The position numbers and the translations under genes were made by a program. The notes beneath the pieces were generated by a model. The model was not told the origin of the DNA and made no database searches. It was given only the letters and a program-made list of their open reading frames with translations. Positions 9,137-21,035 of a stretch of 64,000 bases of DNA are shown here, one piece after another (position 1 is the stretch's first letter; each line of letters starts with the position of its first letter). This DNA comes from Chromatiales bacterium (GTDB lineage Bacteria; Pseudomonadota; Gammaproteobacteria; SpSt-1174), in assembly GCA_014762505.1 (NCBI GenBank), contig JABURS010000018.1, positions 3,889 through 67,888 on the forward strand, given 5' to 3'.

Positions 9137-10110
9137 GGGCGGGGGTTCCCAAAGTGATCGTAACCGCGTCGCTCCGGCAGCCAGGGCTGCCCGTCGGCGC
9201 CCAGCACGCGGGTACCGGTCCCGGGCGTGATCCGGCCGATGCGGGTAATGGGGCAGCCGGCCGCGGAGGCCAGCCGCGCAATCGCCGCCTCCTGGCCGGA
9301 GGGGGCCGTGAACAGTAGCTCGTAGTCGTCGCCGGCCGCCAGGGGCAGGCGCCAGTCGGCCTGGCCGGCGGTCATGGCCGCGCGCATGGCGGACGACAGC
9401 GGCAGCTCATCGCGCTGCAGTTCGGCCCCCACCCCACTGCGTTCGAGCACGTGGCCGAGGTCGGCAAGCAGCCCGTCGGAGACATCGATGGCCGCCGTGG
9501 CAATACCCTGCAGCCCCTGCCCCACGGACAGGCGCGGCGTGGGCCGATGCAGGCGTCCGCGGCAATAGGCGGCATCGGCCGGCGGCAGCGCCAGCCCCTC
9601 GAGCTCGCAGGCAAGCCCCAGGCCGGCGTCGCCGAGGGTGCCGGTGACGTAGATCCCGTCGCCGGCGCGCGCGCCCTCCCGTCGCAGGGCCTGGCCCGCC
9701 GCCACCTCGCCGAGCAGCTGCAGGCTGAGGGTCAGCGGGCCGCGGGTGGTGTCCCCGCCCACCAGGCTCACGTCGTAGACGCTGCAGGCCTCGGCGAGCC
9801 CCCGGGCAAAGGCGGCCAGCCAGGCCTCGTCCGCCGACGGCAGGGTCAGGGCCAGGGTGGCCCAGCGCGGGGTGCCGCCCATGGCGGCGATGTCACTGAG
9901 GCTGACCGCGAGGGTCTTGTAGCCGATGTCGAGGGGGGTTGCGCTGTCGGGAAAGTGCACGCCCGCCACCAGGGTGTCCACGGTGACGAGCAGCTGGCAG
10001 CCGGGGCCGGGGTCGAGGATGGCGGTGTCGTCGCCGATGCCGAGCGAGACGCCCGCCCCCTGCCCCAGGGGGCGGAAGTAACGGTCGATGAGGTCGAATT
10101 CGGAGGCCAT
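9133..10110 (-). CDS. thiL: Thiamine-monophosphate kinase
   Basis: SEFDLI, GIGDD, SDIAAMGG, GGDTT, IDVSDGL, GDDYEL. Confidence 0.96.
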   Translation of the reverse strand: MASEFDLIDRYFRPLGQGAGVSLGIGDDTAILDPGPGCQLLVTVDTLVAGVHFPDSATPLDIGYKTLAVSLSDIAAMGGTPRWATLALTLPSADEAWLAAFARGLAEACSVYDVSLVGGDTTRGPLTLSLQLLGEVAAGQALRREGARAGDGIYVTGTLGDAGLGLACELEGLALPPADAAYCRGRLHRPTPRLSVGQGLQGIATAAIDVSDGLLADLGHVLERSGVGAELQRDELPLSSAMRAAMTAGQADWRLPLAAGDDYELLFTAPSGQEAAIARLASAAGCPITRIGRITPGTGTRVLGADGQPWLPERRGYDHFGNPRP

Positions 10111-10120
10111 GACGCCGGCC

Positions 10121-10576
10121 CTAGCGACCGATCGAGACCTCGGTCTTGCGCAGTTCCTGGGCCAGCCGGTCGAGCACGCCGTTGACGAAGCGATGCGCCT
10201 GGTCGGCGCCGAACTTCTTGGTGAGCTCGATGGCCTCGTTGACCACCACGCGATACGGCACGTCCAGGCGATGCGCGAGCTCGTAGACGGCGATGCGCAG
10301 GATGGCCCGCTCCACCGGGTCCACCTCGGCCATGGTCTTGCGATCGATATAGGGCTCGACCGCCGCATCCAGCTCGGGCTGGCGCCCGGTGACCTCCAGC
10401 AGCAGTTCGCGGAAGTAGTCCGGATCGGCGCTTTCGATCTCCTCCTCGTCCTGGAACTGGGCGAGGATGTCCTTGGGGAGCTGGTCGGTGAGCTGCCACT
10501 GGTACAGGGCCTGCATCGCCAGGCGGCGCGACTTGCGCCGCGCGTGGATCAGCTTGTTGAGGTCCGGGTTGCTCAA
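10121..10576 (-). CDS. nusB: Transcription antitermination factor NusB
   Basis: RRKSRRLAMQALYQW, NEAIEL.K.FG, FVNGVLD; TTG start. Confidence 0.96.
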   Translation of the reverse strand: MSNPDLNKLIHARRKSRRLAMQALYQWQLTDQLPKDILAQFQDEEEIESADPDYFRELLLEVTGRQPELDAAVEPYIDRKTMAEVDPVERAILRIAVYELAHRLDVPYRVVVNEAIELTKKFGADQAHRFVNGVLDRLAQELRKTEVSIGR

Positions 10577-10578
10577 GC

Positions 10579-11055
<477 letters not shown>

Positions 11056-11150
11056 GAGCCTGTCCTGTTGGGTCTGTCCTGTTGATTCGGTTTTGGCGAG
11101 TTTACAACAACTTAGCCAAACTTATTAAGGTGATTTTCAATCAGGCCGCG

Positions 11151-12275
11151 TCAGTCGTGCACGTAGTCCACGATCTCCAGGCCGAAACCGCCCAGGCCGT
11201 GGAAGCGCTTGGGCGCGCTCAGGAGCCGCATCCTGCCCACGCCCAGGTCGGCGAGGATCTGCGCGCCGATGCCGTGGGTGCGCAGCTCCTGCGGCGAGCC
11301 CTCGCGCGCAGGCGCCTCCGGCTCGCGCAGCTTGCCCGCGGCCCGCAGCGCCATGTCGCGCACACGACGCACCAGCAGGCGCGGGTCGTCCTTCTGCCGC
11401 AGGATCACGGCCACGCCCTGCCCCTCCTCGCCGATGCGGCGAATGGCGTCGCGCAGCGGCCAGCCGCAGTCGCGGCTGCCGGAGGGCAGCACGTCGCACA
11501 GCGTGTTCTCCAGGTGCACGCGCACCATGGTCGGGCTGTCGTGATCGATCTGGCCCTTCACCAGGGCGAGGTGCACCAGGTGATCGATGGCGTCCTCGTA
11601 GGCCACCAGGCGGAACTCGCCGTACTCGGTGGGGAACGGGCACTCGGCTACCCGCTCCACCGTGTGCTCGTTCTCGATGCGGTAGCGGATCAGGTCCTCG
11701 ATGGTACCCATCTTGAGGCCGTGTTCACGGGCGAAGACCTCCAGGTCGTCGCGCCGTGCCATGGTGCCGTCCTCGTTGAGGATCTCGACGATCACGGCGG
11801 CCGGCTCGAAGCCCGCCAGGCGCGCGAAGTCGCAGCCGGCCTCGGTATGCCCGGCGCGGGTGAGCACACCGCCCGGCTGGGCCATCAGGGGGAAGATGTG
11901 GCCGGGCTGGACCAGGTCTGCGGGGGCGGCGTCCGGGGCCACGGCGGTGCGCACGGTGTGGGCGCGGTCGTAGGCGGAGATGCCCGTGGTCACGCCCTCG
12001 GCCGCCTCGATGGAGACGGTGAAGTTGGTGCCGTGCTGGTCGGCGGTGCGCCCCACCATCAGCGGCAGGTCGAGCTGGCGGCAGCGCTCGCGGGTGAGCG
12101 TGAGGCAGATCAGGCCACGGCCGTAGCGCGCCATGAAGTTGATGTCCTCCGGGCGCACCATGGAGGCGACCATGAGCAGATCGCCCTCGTTCTCGCGATC
12201 CTCGTCATCGAGGATGATGACCATCTTGCCCTGGCGTAGGTCGTCCAGGATCTCTTCAACCGTATTGAATGGCAT
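11151..12275 (-). CDS. ribB: DHBP synthase fused to degenerate GTP cyclohydrolase II-like domain (RibBX type)
   Basis: DDEDRENEGD, TTGISAYDR, RAGHTEA; C-terminal domain lacks the HSEC..CDC zinc set. Confidence 0.92.
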   Translation of the reverse strand: MPFNTVEEILDDLRQGKMVIILDDEDRENEGDLLMVASMVRPEDINFMARYGRGLICLTLTRERCRQLDLPLMVGRTADQHGTNFTVSIEAAEGVTTGISAYDRAHTVRTAVAPDAAPADLVQPGHIFPLMAQPGGVLTRAGHTEAGCDFARLAGFEPAAVIVEILNEDGTMARRDDLEVFAREHGLKMGTIEDLIRYRIENEHTVERVAECPFPTEYGEFRLVAYEDAIDHLVHLALVKGQIDHDSPTMVRVHLENTLCDVLPSGSRDCGWPLRDAIRRIGEEGQGVAVILRQKDDPRLLVRRVRDMALRAAGKLREPEAPAREGSPQELRTHGIGAQILADLGVGRMRLLSAPKRFHGLGGFGLEIVDYVHD

Positions 12276-12312
12276 GTGTCACCAGTAAAGGCCGGCGCGA
12301 GCCGGCGTGTCG

Positions 12313-12975
12313 TCATCCGCGAGACAGGAAGCCGTGTTCGGCCAGGAGTTCCAGCGTGACCCCCTGGCCGGGCGTGGCGGCCCGCTCGCCGAGCAGCAGG
12401 CGCTCAAGGTAGCGGGCAATAATGTCCACTTCAAGGTTTACCCGGGTGCCCGTGCGGTAATGACGGAGCGTGGTCTCGGCCAGGGTATGCGGCACGATGT
12501 TGAGATCGAACACCGCCCCGTCCACCGCATTCACCGTGAGGCTCACGCCATCCACGCAGATCGAGCCCTTGGTGGCGATGTAGCGCGCCAGTGCATCCGG
12601 GGCCTGGATGCGAAAGCGCACCGAGCGGCCGTCGTCGCTGCGCTCGACCACCTGGCCGACGCCGTCGACGTGACCGCTCACCAGGTGCCCGCCAAGGCGC
12701 GTGTCGGGGGTGAGCGCCTTTTCCAGGTTCACCTCGCCGCCCACGGCCAGGTCGCCCAGCGTGGTGCGCGACAGCGTCTCGCCCGAGACGTCCGCCCAGA
12801 AGCCGTCCCCCGTCAGTTCCACGGCGGTGAGGCACACGCCATTGGTGGCGATGCTGTCGCCGATGACCACGTCACCCAGGTCCAGCTTGCCGGTACCGAT
12901 GTGCATGCGCGCGTCGGTGCCGCGTGCGTCGATGCGGCGGATGGTGCCGACGGCCTCGATGATCCCCGTGAACAT
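12313..12975 (-). CDS. ribC: Riboflavin synthase (alpha chain)
   Basis: MFTGII, GDSIATNGVCLT, GGHLVSGHVDG. Confidence 0.96.
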   Translation of the reverse strand: MFTGIIEAVGTIRRIDARGTDARMHIGTGKLDLGDVVIGDSIATNGVCLTAVELTGDGFWADVSGETLSRTTLGDLAVGGEVNLEKALTPDTRLGGHLVSGHVDGVGQVVERSDDGRSVRFRIQAPDALARYIATKGSICVDGVSLTVNAVDGAVFDLNIVPHTLAETTLRHYRTGTRVNLEVDIIARYLERLLLGERAATPGQGVTLELLAEHGFLSRG

Positions 12976-12983
12976 GTCGCCTC

Positions 12984-13556
12984 TCAGTCCGTCTTGAGCG
13001 TGACGCTGTAGCTCGTCATGGGCAGCGCCGTCGCGTTGTTGAACTCGGCCCCCGCCTCCACGCCGATACGGGCGATGGTCTCGGGGTCCTCGTGCTGGTC
13101 GTACCCCGCATACATGGCACCCAGCGCGAACTCCGCGCCCGAGCCGATGGCCCAGAAGCGCGTGTACTCGAAGACCTCGCGCAGGGCGAACACGCCGAAC
13201 ACCCCGTGCGGGTTGATCAGCAGGGCATCCATGCGCGAGGACTCGTAGGGGTCCTCATCCTCGTCCTTGGGATTGAGGTAGTACTTCTCCTTCAGCACCG
13301 GGTGCAGCTCGCGAAAGGTCTCGAAGATCGCCATACGGCTGTCGAAACGATGCGCGGTGTCGTCATCCAGCAGGCTCTGCATCACGATGTGATGCGCGGC
13401 GCTGCCTACCAGGCCGATGTGGTTGTCGGCAAAGCGGTGGATCTTGTCATAGCTCGATTCATAGCCACAGGCCTGCTTGGTGTCGCCGAAGGTCGTGAGA
13501 CTGTCGGCGGCGATGCAGGCGCGGTTGCCCTTGCGGACGGCGACGATGGTGGACAT
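12984..13556 (-). CDS. Proteasome-type Ntn hydrolase (HslV/BPH-like)
   Basis: M-STIVAVRKG..IAADS, DKI, AIGSG; ~190 aa. Confidence 0.8.
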   Translation of the reverse strand: MSTIVAVRKGNRACIAADSLTTFGDTKQACGYESSYDKIHRFADNHIGLVGSAAHHIVMQSLLDDDTAHRFDSRMAIFETFRELHPVLKEKYYLNPKDEDEDPYESSRMDALLINPHGVFGVFALREVFEYTRFWAIGSGAEFALGAMYAGYDQHEDPETIARIGVEAGAEFNNATALPMTSYSVTLKTD

Positions 13557-13613
13557 CAGTATTCCCGGTTGTGCAGGTAAAAATCCCGGCCACAGGCGGC
13601 CGGTGAAAAAGGT

Positions 13614-14726
13614 TCAGTCTTGCGGCAGCGCCGTGATGCGCCAGTCCTCGCCCACGGCACGGACGTCGGCGATCTTCAGCCGGACGCGTTCGGCCATGCG
13701 GACAATGCCCGGCAGATGGAACAGGCCGTGGGCCTCGCTGCCCATCAGGCACGGGGCCATGTAGATGACGAGCTCGTCGACCAGGCCCGCCGCCAGCAGG
13801 GCGCCGCTGAGTACGCTGCCGGCCTCCACGTGCAGGTCGTTGACCTCGCGGCGGGCCAGCTCCGCCATCACGGCATGCAGGTCCAGCGCCACGGCATCGC
13901 CCGGCATGGCCATCACCTCCGCCCCGGCGGCCGCGAGTTCGGCCTGGCGGACGCCATCCTCGCTGGCGGTGAGGATCAGGGTCTGCCCCGCCAGCCCCAG
14001 CATGGGCAGGTCTGCCGGCGTGAGCAGCCCGGGATCGAGGATCACGCGCAGCGGCTGGCGCACGGGGCCGTCGATGCCGAGCGCCACCGTATCCAGGCGC
14101 ACGTTGAGCGAGGGTCGGTCCTTCAGCACGGTACCGATGCCGGTGAGCACCGCCGAACTCGCGGCCCGCAGGCGCTGCACGTCGGCACGTGCCGCCTCGC
14201 CGGTGATCCACTGGCTCTCGCCGGAGGCCATGGCGGTGCGCCCGTCCAGGCTCATGGCGAGCTTCACCCGCACCCGGGGCCGGCCGCGCGTCATGCGCGA
14301 GACGAAGCCGGCATTGAGGGCCCGGGCCTCGGCCTCGAGCACCCCGACACGGGTCTCGATACCGGCGGCGGCGAGTCGCGCCAGACCCTGACCGGCCACC
14401 TGCGGGTTCGGGTCGGTCATGGCCGCGACCACACGGCTGACGCCCGCCGCGATCAGGGCGTCGGCGCAGGGCGGCGTGCGGCCGTGGTGACTGCAGGGTT
14501 CGAGGGTGACATAGACCGTCCCCCCGCGTGCCCGTTCGCCCGCCGCCCGCAGGGCCAGCACCTCGGCATGGGGCTCGCCGGCACGGTGGTGCCAGCCCTC
14601 GCCCACCACCTCGCCGTCGCGCACCACCACGCTGCCCACCCGCGGGTTGGGGTGCGTGGTATAGCGGCCGCGCCGGGCGAGCGCCAGCGCGCGGACCATG
14701 TATGACGTGTCGTCCAGCGGCATCAT
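13614..14726 (-). CDS. ribD: Bifunctional riboflavin deaminase/reductase
   Basis: PNPRVG, HAE, TLEPCSHHGRTPPC, SLDGRTA. Confidence 0.96.
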   Translation of the reverse strand: MMPLDDTSYMVRALALARRGRYTTHPNPRVGSVVVRDGEVVGEGWHHRAGEPHAEVLALRAAGERARGGTVYVTLEPCSHHGRTPPCADALIAAGVSRVVAAMTDPNPQVAGQGLARLAAAGIETRVGVLEAEARALNAGFVSRMTRGRPRVRVKLAMSLDGRTAMASGESQWITGEAARADVQRLRAASSAVLTGIGTVLKDRPSLNVRLDTVALGIDGPVRQPLRVILDPGLLTPADLPMLGLAGQTLILTASEDGVRQAELAAAGAEVMAMPGDAVALDLHAVMAELARREVNDLHVEAGSVLSGALLAAGLVDELVIYMAPCLMGSEAHGLFHLPGIVRMAERVRLKIADVRAVGEDWRITALPQD

Positions 14727-14772
14727 CGAGCCGTCGCGCAGCCGTCGGGGCAGGAATCGGACAGGTGGCGGC

Positions 14773-15285
14773 TCAAGCCGGCTCCTCACCCTCGCCGAGC
14801 AGGGGGATCTGGTTCTTGCGCATCTCGGGGGTGAGGTCCTTCTCCAGGCGCTCGATCACCTCGCGGAAGGCATCCACGTCCTCGAAGCTCAGATAGACGG
14901 AGGCGAAGCGGATATAGGCCACCTGGTCCAGGCCGCGCAGCTCCTCCATCACCCACTCGCCCACGCGGCTGGAGGGGATCTCGCGCTCGCCCGCGCCCAT
15001 GAGCCGGCGCTTGATGCGGTTGATCGCGTCCTCGACGCGCTCGGTCTCCACCGGCCGCTTTTCCAGCGCGTGCATCATGCCGCCGCGCAGCTTTTCCTCG
15101 GCGAAGGGTTCGCGGCTGCCGTCACGCTTGACGATACGGGGCAGGCTGAGCTCGGCGGTCTCGTAGGTGGTGAAGCGTTCGTTGCAGCTCATGCACTCGC
15201 GCCGACGACGAATCTGGTCACCCTCGCCCGCCAGGCGCGAGTCGATCACCCGGGTATCCGGCGAACCGCAGAACGGACAGCGCAT
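14773..15285 (-). CDS. nrdR: Transcriptional repressor NrdR
   Basis: MRCPFC..TRVIDSR..RRRREC..C.ERFTTYE; AYIRFASVY. Confidence 0.97.
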   Translation of the reverse strand: MRCPFCGSPDTRVIDSRLAGEGDQIRRRRECMSCNERFTTYETAELSLPRIVKRDGSREPFAEEKLRGGMMHALEKRPVETERVEDAINRIKRRLMGAGEREIPSSRVGEWVMEELRGLDQVAYIRFASVYLSFEDVDAFREVIERLEKDLTPEMRKNQIPLLGEGEEPA

Positions 15286-15306
15286 CGCGAGACCCCGGTC
15301 CGTCCG

Positions 15307-16563
15307 CTACTGGCCGTAGACCGGCAGACGGCGACAGACGTCCAGCACCTGCCCCTTCACGCGCTCGATCACGTCGGCCGCGCCGCGCGCATCGATCACG
15401 TCGCAGATCCAGCCGGCCAGGTCGGTGGCCTCCTGCTTGCCGAAGCCGCGGGTGGTGATGGCCGGGGTGCCGATGCGGATGCCGGAGGTGACGAAGGGCG
15501 ACTGCGGGTCGTTCGGCACGGCGTTCTTGTTGACGGTGATGTTGGCGCTGCCCAGCCAGGCATCCACGTCCTTGCCGGTCAGCTCCTGACGGATGAAGCT
15601 CACCAGGAAGAGGTGGTTGTCGGTGCCACCGGAGACGACGTCGAAGCCGCGCTCGATGAACACCTGCGCCATGGCGCGGGCGTTCTCCACCACCTGCTGC
15701 TGGTAGGTCTTGAACTCGGGCTCCAGCGCCTCCTTGAAGGCGACGGCCTTGGCCGCGATCACGTGCATCAGCGGACCACCCTGGGTGCCAGGGAAGACCA
15801 GCGAGTTGAGCTTCTTCTCGATCTCGGGGTTGGCCTTGGCGAGGATGATGCCGCCGCGCGGACCGCGCAGGGTCTTGTGCGTGGTGGAGGTGGTCACGTC
15901 GGCGATGTTCACCGGGCTCGGGTAGACGCCGGCGGCGATCAGGCCGGCCACATGGGCCATGTCCACCATCAGGTAGGCGCCGACCTTGTCGGCGATGTCG
16001 CGGAAGCGCTGCCAGTCGACCACGCGCGAGTAGGCGGAGAAGCCGGCCACCACCATCTTCGGCCGGTGCTCCAGGGCCAGGCGCTCGACCTCGTCGTAGT
16101 CGATATAGCCCTGCTCGTCGATGCCGTACTGCACCGCGTTGTAGATCTTGCCGGAGAAGTTGACCTTGGCGCCGTGGGTGAGATGGCCGCCGTGGGCCAG
16201 GCTCATGCCCAGCACGGTGTCGCCCGGCTCCAGCAGGGCCATGTAGACGGCGGCGTTGGCCTGCGAACCGGAGTGCGGCTGCACGTTGGCGTAATCGGCG
16301 TCGAACAGCTGCTTCACGCGGTCGATGGCCAGCTGCTCGGCGATATCCACGTATTCGCAGCCGCCATAATAGCGCTTGCCAGGATAGCCCTCGGCGTACT
16401 TGTTGGTCAGCACCGAGCCCTGCGCCTCCATCACGCGCGGGCTGGCGTAGTTCTCCGAGGCGATCAGCTCGATGTGTTCCTCCTGACGACGCGCCTCGGA
16501 TTCGATGGCGTTCCAGAGCTCGTCGTCGAAACCGGCAATGCCCATGTCTAGGATCGAAAACAT
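15307..16563 (-). CDS. glyA: Serine hydroxymethyltransferase
   Basis: [33 protein letters not shown]. Confidence 0.98.
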   Translation of the reverse strand: MFSILDMGIAGFDDELWNAIESEARRQEEHIELIASENYASPRVMEAQGSVLTNKYAEGYPGKRYYGGCEYVDIAEQLAIDRVKQLFDADYANVQPHSGSQANAAVYMALLEPGDTVLGMSLAHGGHLTHGAKVNFSGKIYNAVQYGIDEQGYIDYDEVERLALEHRPKMVVAGFSAYSRVVDWQRFRDIADKVGAYLMVDMAHVAGLIAAGVYPSPVNIADVTTSTTHKTLRGPRGGIILAKANPEIEKKLNSLVFPGTQGGPLMHVIAAKAVAFKEALEPEFKTYQQQVVENARAMAQVFIERGFDVVSGGTDNHLFLVSFIRQELTGKDVDAWLGSANITVNKNAVPNDPQSPFVTSGIRIGTPAITTRGFGKQEATDLAGWICDVIDARGAADVIERVKGQVLDVCRRLPVYGQ

Positions 16564-16756
16564 CGTGCTGATTCTCCCGTGAGTGCAAGTGCGTCAAGAT
16601 CGCGTAAGGCCGCGAATTATACCGGATTTGGTTGGACCCGACACGGTCGGCAACCAGATTTTGTGGCTGCGCCCCCTCCTCCTATGCATCGACCCCGTCA
16701 TGGAACCGCCCCCGCTTCCCTGCGATAATCGCGACACGACCCGCAAGGAGCCCCAC

Positions 16757-17446
16757 ATGCTGCGCCCACGCCTCGCCCTGCCCCTGCTCGCCACGGTACT
16801 CGCCACCCCCGCCATGGCCGCCGGCAACGTGCGGCTCGGCATGGGGCTGGACCCGGTGATCTCGAGCTTCACGCTCTATTACGAGCGCTACGAGACCGAC
16901 CTGGCCATGACCGGCAACGCCGTGGAGACCCGCATCGAGCGGCTCGGCTTCAGCTTCAGCCAGCCGCTGGGGCGTCACCTCTACGGTGATGTCGACCTCG
17001 GCTACCTCGCCACCTTCCAGGACGATCACCCGGTCATCGGCGACAACGACCTGGACGGCGGCTATCTCGGCGTCACGCTGCAGGGCAGCTACCCCCTCGG
17101 CGAGGCCTTCGCCCTGGGCAGCAGCCTCGGCTACAGCTATAACTGGGCCGACGGCGACGTGAACGGCGTGGAGACCGATATCAGCTGGGGCGAGGCGCGG
17201 GCGCGGGCCTGGACGGAGCTGCGCCTTCCGGCGGCGCGTCTGCGCGTCGGCGTCCAGGGCCAGCACCTGGACGGCGAGATGACCTACGAGACCATGCCCT
17301 CGCAGACCTTCACCTTCGACGCCGGGAACAGCACCGGCGCCTTTGCCGGCATCGACCTCTACACCAGTGGCGCGGGCCGGATCAGCCTCTACGGCCAGAC
17401 GGGCGACCGCGAGGGCTTCACGCTGGGCTTTGCCGCCGACTACTGA
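16757..17446 (+). CDS. Putative outer-membrane beta-barrel protein
   Basis: SD AAGGAG; signal peptide; alternating amphipathic strands; C-terminal Tyr. Confidence 0.65.
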   Translation: MLRPRLALPLLATVLATPAMAAGNVRLGMGLDPVISSFTLYYERYETDLAMTGNAVETRIERLGFSFSQPLGRHLYGDVDLGYLATFQDDHPVIGDNDLDGGYLGVTLQGSYPLGEAFALGSSLGYSYNWADGDVNGVETDISWGEARARAWTELRLPAARLRVGVQGQHLDGEMTYETMPSQTFTFDAGNSTGAFAGIDLYTSGAGRISLYGQTGDREGFTLGFAADY

Positions 17447-17460
17447 CGCGCACCCGGCCC

Positions 17461-17487
17461 AAAAAAAACGGCGCCCGAAGGCGCCGT
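17461..17487 (-). terminator. Terminator of alpha/beta hydrolase gene
   Basis: A8-CGGCGCC-CGAA-GGCGCCG. Confidence 0.75.
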
Positions 17488-17510
17488 CAGCTCGATCAAG
17501 ATAGGACGGC

Positions 17511-18410
17511 CTACCAGCCCAGATAGCCCTCGATGATGTCGGCCACGTCCTCTGCGTAGAGGTCGCGGAAGAAGTGGTCGGCGCCGTCGATGACCTCGAA
17601 GCGGATGGTCTCACCATCGGCGATCGGCGCCATCTTCTCCGGCAGATCGGCCACGGTGGTGTCTTCCGAACCGGCGAACACCAGCACCGGACGCTTCATC
17701 TCTGCCAGCAGTGCCGGGGTGTCGCGATCGGTGGCGTCGTAATAGGAGACCACGGACGCCGCAGAGGCGGTGGCATCCTCGCAGTAGACGAAGCCGATGC
17801 CCTTCAGCAGCTCGTCACCCTTGCCGGCCTTGACCATGCCTTCTGCGCGTTTCACCACGGACTCCAGCGGCTTGCCATACCGCTCCTTGTAGGACTTCGC
17901 TTCCTTGTCTGCATCATGCGTCGCCGGGGCGATGAGGATCATCGGCACATCGTTCATGTCCGGATGGGCCTTGGCATACATGGCGATCTGGTTGCCGCCG
18001 CGCGAGTGGCCCAGCAGCGCCAACTGCCCGGCGCCCTCGGACTTCAGCCAGTCGACCCACAGGCCCACCTCGCGCACCGCGTCCTCGTGAAGATGGGTGT
18101 GGGTGGCGGCGCAGTCCATCATCCCCTCGCGGTTGCTGATGTCGTAGCCGAGGTTGACGGCCAGCGAGCTGTAGCCGCGCGCGGCCATCACGTTCTGCAT
18201 GGCCTGCATTATCTCCATGCGGCTGTGCGCCAGCGTACCGTGCAGCATCACGATCACGCCGTCTTCCAGGGACTTGCCATCGGCCAGCTTCAGCTCCGCG
18301 GTCAGGGTGGTGTCGCCATCCTTGAGCGTGAGCTGCTCGGCCGCTGCGGCAAGCGGCAGCAGCAACAACAGACCGAGCGCCAGGCGGCGCAGCATTACGG
18401 GTAGGCTCAT
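17511..18410 (-). CDS. Periplasmic alpha/beta hydrolase
   Basis: Signal peptide; LHGT, GHSRGG, GSED, GADHFF triad motifs. Confidence 0.85.
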   Translation of the reverse strand: MSLPVMLRRLALGLLLLLPLAAAAEQLTLKDGDTTLTAELKLADGKSLEDGVIVMLHGTLAHSRMEIMQAMQNVMAARGYSSLAVNLGYDISNREGMMDCAATHTHLHEDAVREVGLWVDWLKSEGAGQLALLGHSRGGNQIAMYAKAHPDMNDVPMILIAPATHDADKEAKSYKERYGKPLESVVKRAEGMVKAGKGDELLKGIGFVYCEDATASAASVVSYYDATDRDTPALLAEMKRPVLVFAGSEDTTVADLPEKMAPIADGETIRFEVIDGADHFFRDLYAEDVADIIEGYLGW

Positions 18411-18529
18411 GTCGGTTCTCCTCCGGGGATGTTATTGTCTGTTACGCTTCTTTGTCCCTGCCTCGCTGGCAGAGGTTCACGGAATCTTAGATAATTCCAC
18501 CCCTGAACTCCAACCTCTATCGGATCGAC

Positions 18530-20197
<1,668 letters not shown>

Positions 20198-20222
20198 TAC
20201 GCGCCCCGGAGGCGCACGGGCA

Positions 20223-21032
20223 ATGAGCGAACTCTTTGCGGGGCGGACCGAGGTCCTGGCCCGCGCGGTACTGGTCGGCGAGCGTATCGAGGTACGCGCG
20301 CTGGAGAATGCCGAGCGCCTGGCCTCCTCCCCGTCCACCGTGGCGGTGGGCACCAGCGGCTGTGCCGTGCTGTTCCGCTATGGCGTGGTGGTGTTCTTCG
20401 GGGTGGAGGCCATGGAAGAGGCCACCTTCCTCGACCAGCTGCAGCGGCTGGTCACGGCACCCTGCAGCGGGCGCGCCGAAACCGAGAGCCTGCGCCTGCA
20501 CATCGCGGCCGACGGGCGCGACCAGGTCGCCAACGGCGAGCTGCGCACGGGTGACGCCCGCATCGAGCGTCTGCAGGTGATCGCCGACATCCTCGCCAAG
20601 AGCGTGGTGCTGGCCGAGTACGAGGCCCGCGTCGGCAAGGCCTTCGACGAGGCCGAGCCACAGGCCGCCGCCATGGCGCAGAAGGGCACATCGGCCCATC
20701 GCGGCCGCCAGCTCATCCGTGACATCGGCAGTGGACTGCACAGCCTGCATCGCATGGTCGGGCGCGTCGAGGTCGGCGAGAAGCCGGAGATCCTCTGGGA
20801 AAAACCCGAACTCGAACTGCTCTACGTGCGGCTGGAGGACGAATACGAACTCAAGGAGCGCCAGCTCGCACTGGAACGCAAGCTCGACGTCATCAGCCGC
20901 ACGGCCGAGACCCAGCTCGAACTGCTGCAGGCCAGGCGCACGCTGCGGGTCGAGTGGTACATCACCATACTCATCGTGATCGAGATCATGCTTACGCTGT
21001 ACGAGATGTTCATCCGCGGGGGGACGCACTAG
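20223..21032 (+). CDS. RMD1/DUF155 family protein
   Basis: LFRYGVVVF, LAKSVVL, EKPEILWE, YELKER, EWYITILI. Confidence 0.85.
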   Translation: MSELFAGRTEVLARAVLVGERIEVRALENAERLASSPSTVAVGTSGCAVLFRYGVVVFFGVEAMEEATFLDQLQRLVTAPCSGRAETESLRLHIAADGRDQVANGELRTGDARIERLQVIADILAKSVVLAEYEARVGKAFDEAEPQAAAMAQKGTSAHRGRQLIRDIGSGLHSLHRMVGRVEVGEKPEILWEKPELELLYVRLEDEYELKERQLALERKLDVISRTAETQLELLQARRTLRVEWYITILIVIEIMLTLYEMFIRGGTH

Positions 21033-21035
21033 CCG

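Noticed and set aside
14727-16750. FMN or ZTP riboswitch ahead of rib genes or glyA
   Set aside because: No consensus motifs seen and leaders are short
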